Of a stretch of DNA of 64,000 bases, positions 63,286 through 64,000 are shown in pieces. The DNA lies in assembly GCF_001194135.2 (NCBI RefSeq), contig NC_068982.1, positions 188,568,516 through 188,632,515 on the forward strand. The letters run 5' to 3'. The notes under the pieces were generated by a model. That model did not search any database. It worked only from the letters and a program-made list of their open reading frames with translations, and was not told the DNA's origin. How positions within the stretch are numbered: position 1 is the stretch's first letter; every line of letters begins with the position of its first letter. The translations under genes were made by a program, and so were the position numbers. Source of the stretch: Octopus bimaculoides. Lineage: Eukaryota.

Positions 63286-64000
63286 AAAAGAATGTAACAT
63301 AAAGGAATGGGAGGGGGTTAAAATCCAAGCAGGTACCTTATGAGCACTTTGATGCAGTCCAGATCTGGCTAACCACATTGAATGATGAGGAACATTTAGA
63401 AGCGGTTAAAATAAACAATTAAACTGTGCTATACTCGATAGGTAAATCCAGAGTTCACTTCCTCAGATTTACCCTGACATACAGAGTAATGTAATCAAAC
63501 CACACAAAGTAGAATGGAGAATTGTAAGTCTTCACAATTTATTTATCAAAGAATTAAACGCTTTAATATATTTTGGAGATGAATAATTCTCCATTTTTCA
63601 ATGTATTTTTTACTTGTTTCAGTCATTTGACTGCGGCCATGCTGGAGCACCGCCTTTAGTCGAGCAAATCGACCCCAGGACTTATTCTTTGTAAGCCTAG
63701 TACTTATTCTATTGGTTTTCTTTTGCCGAACCGCTAGGCTACGGAAACGTAAACACACCCGCATCGGTTGTCAAGCGATGTTGAACACACACACAAACGA
63801 CGGGTTTCTTTCAGTTTCCGTCTACCAAATCCACTCACAGGGCTTTGGTCGGCCCGAGGCTATAGTAGAAGACACTTGCCCAAGGTGCCACGCAGTGGGA
63901 CTGAACCCGGAACCATGTGGTTGGTAAGCAAGCTACATTATTTCATAAATTTGCCATTAGCGGCATTACATAGAGGGAACAAACAATAACAGACAAACAT

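Noticed and set aside
56465-64000. Further RAB21 exons (expected ASFLTKK... next)
   Set aside because: No matching reading frame with splice sites found; exon 2 is probably beyond the window.

Overview
AT-rich, repeat-dense animal genomic DNA with nine N gaps. The repeat content looks coleoid cephalopod (Octopus-like); this is an inference, not a database result. Almost the whole window is one minus-strand gene, a TBC1D15/TBC1D17-type Rab-GAP. I traced 15 coding exons from the ATG at 54588 to the stop at 623. All visible junctions are GT-AG and phase-compatible; the 5' end of exon 6 falls in a gap. Only 1,720 bp upstream, in divergent orientation, is coding exon 1 of RAB21 (56309-56464, +); its later exons are not visible here. 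The introns hold RTE-type LINE 3' fragments, several tRNA-derived SINE families, hAT- and piggyBac-type MITEs and one decayed full-length mariner. The most unusual signal is two unrelated families of about 430-650 bp non-coding elements. Each inserts as an unequal-armed palindrome with a 10-13 bp target-site duplication and carries a minimal type I hammerhead ribozyme motif, as known from Penelope-like elements. One family fuses the ribozyme to a tRNA-derived Pol III head. The other is a ~353-bp monomer that occurs in tandem, like a retrozyme. Other notable points: two in-frame candidate microexons in TBC1D15 intron 6, a Gly-to-Ser change at a split codon that A-to-I editing could revert, and the RAB21/TBC1D15 head-to-head pairing. 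Most ORFs in the supplied track are spurious (repeat- or gap-derived).
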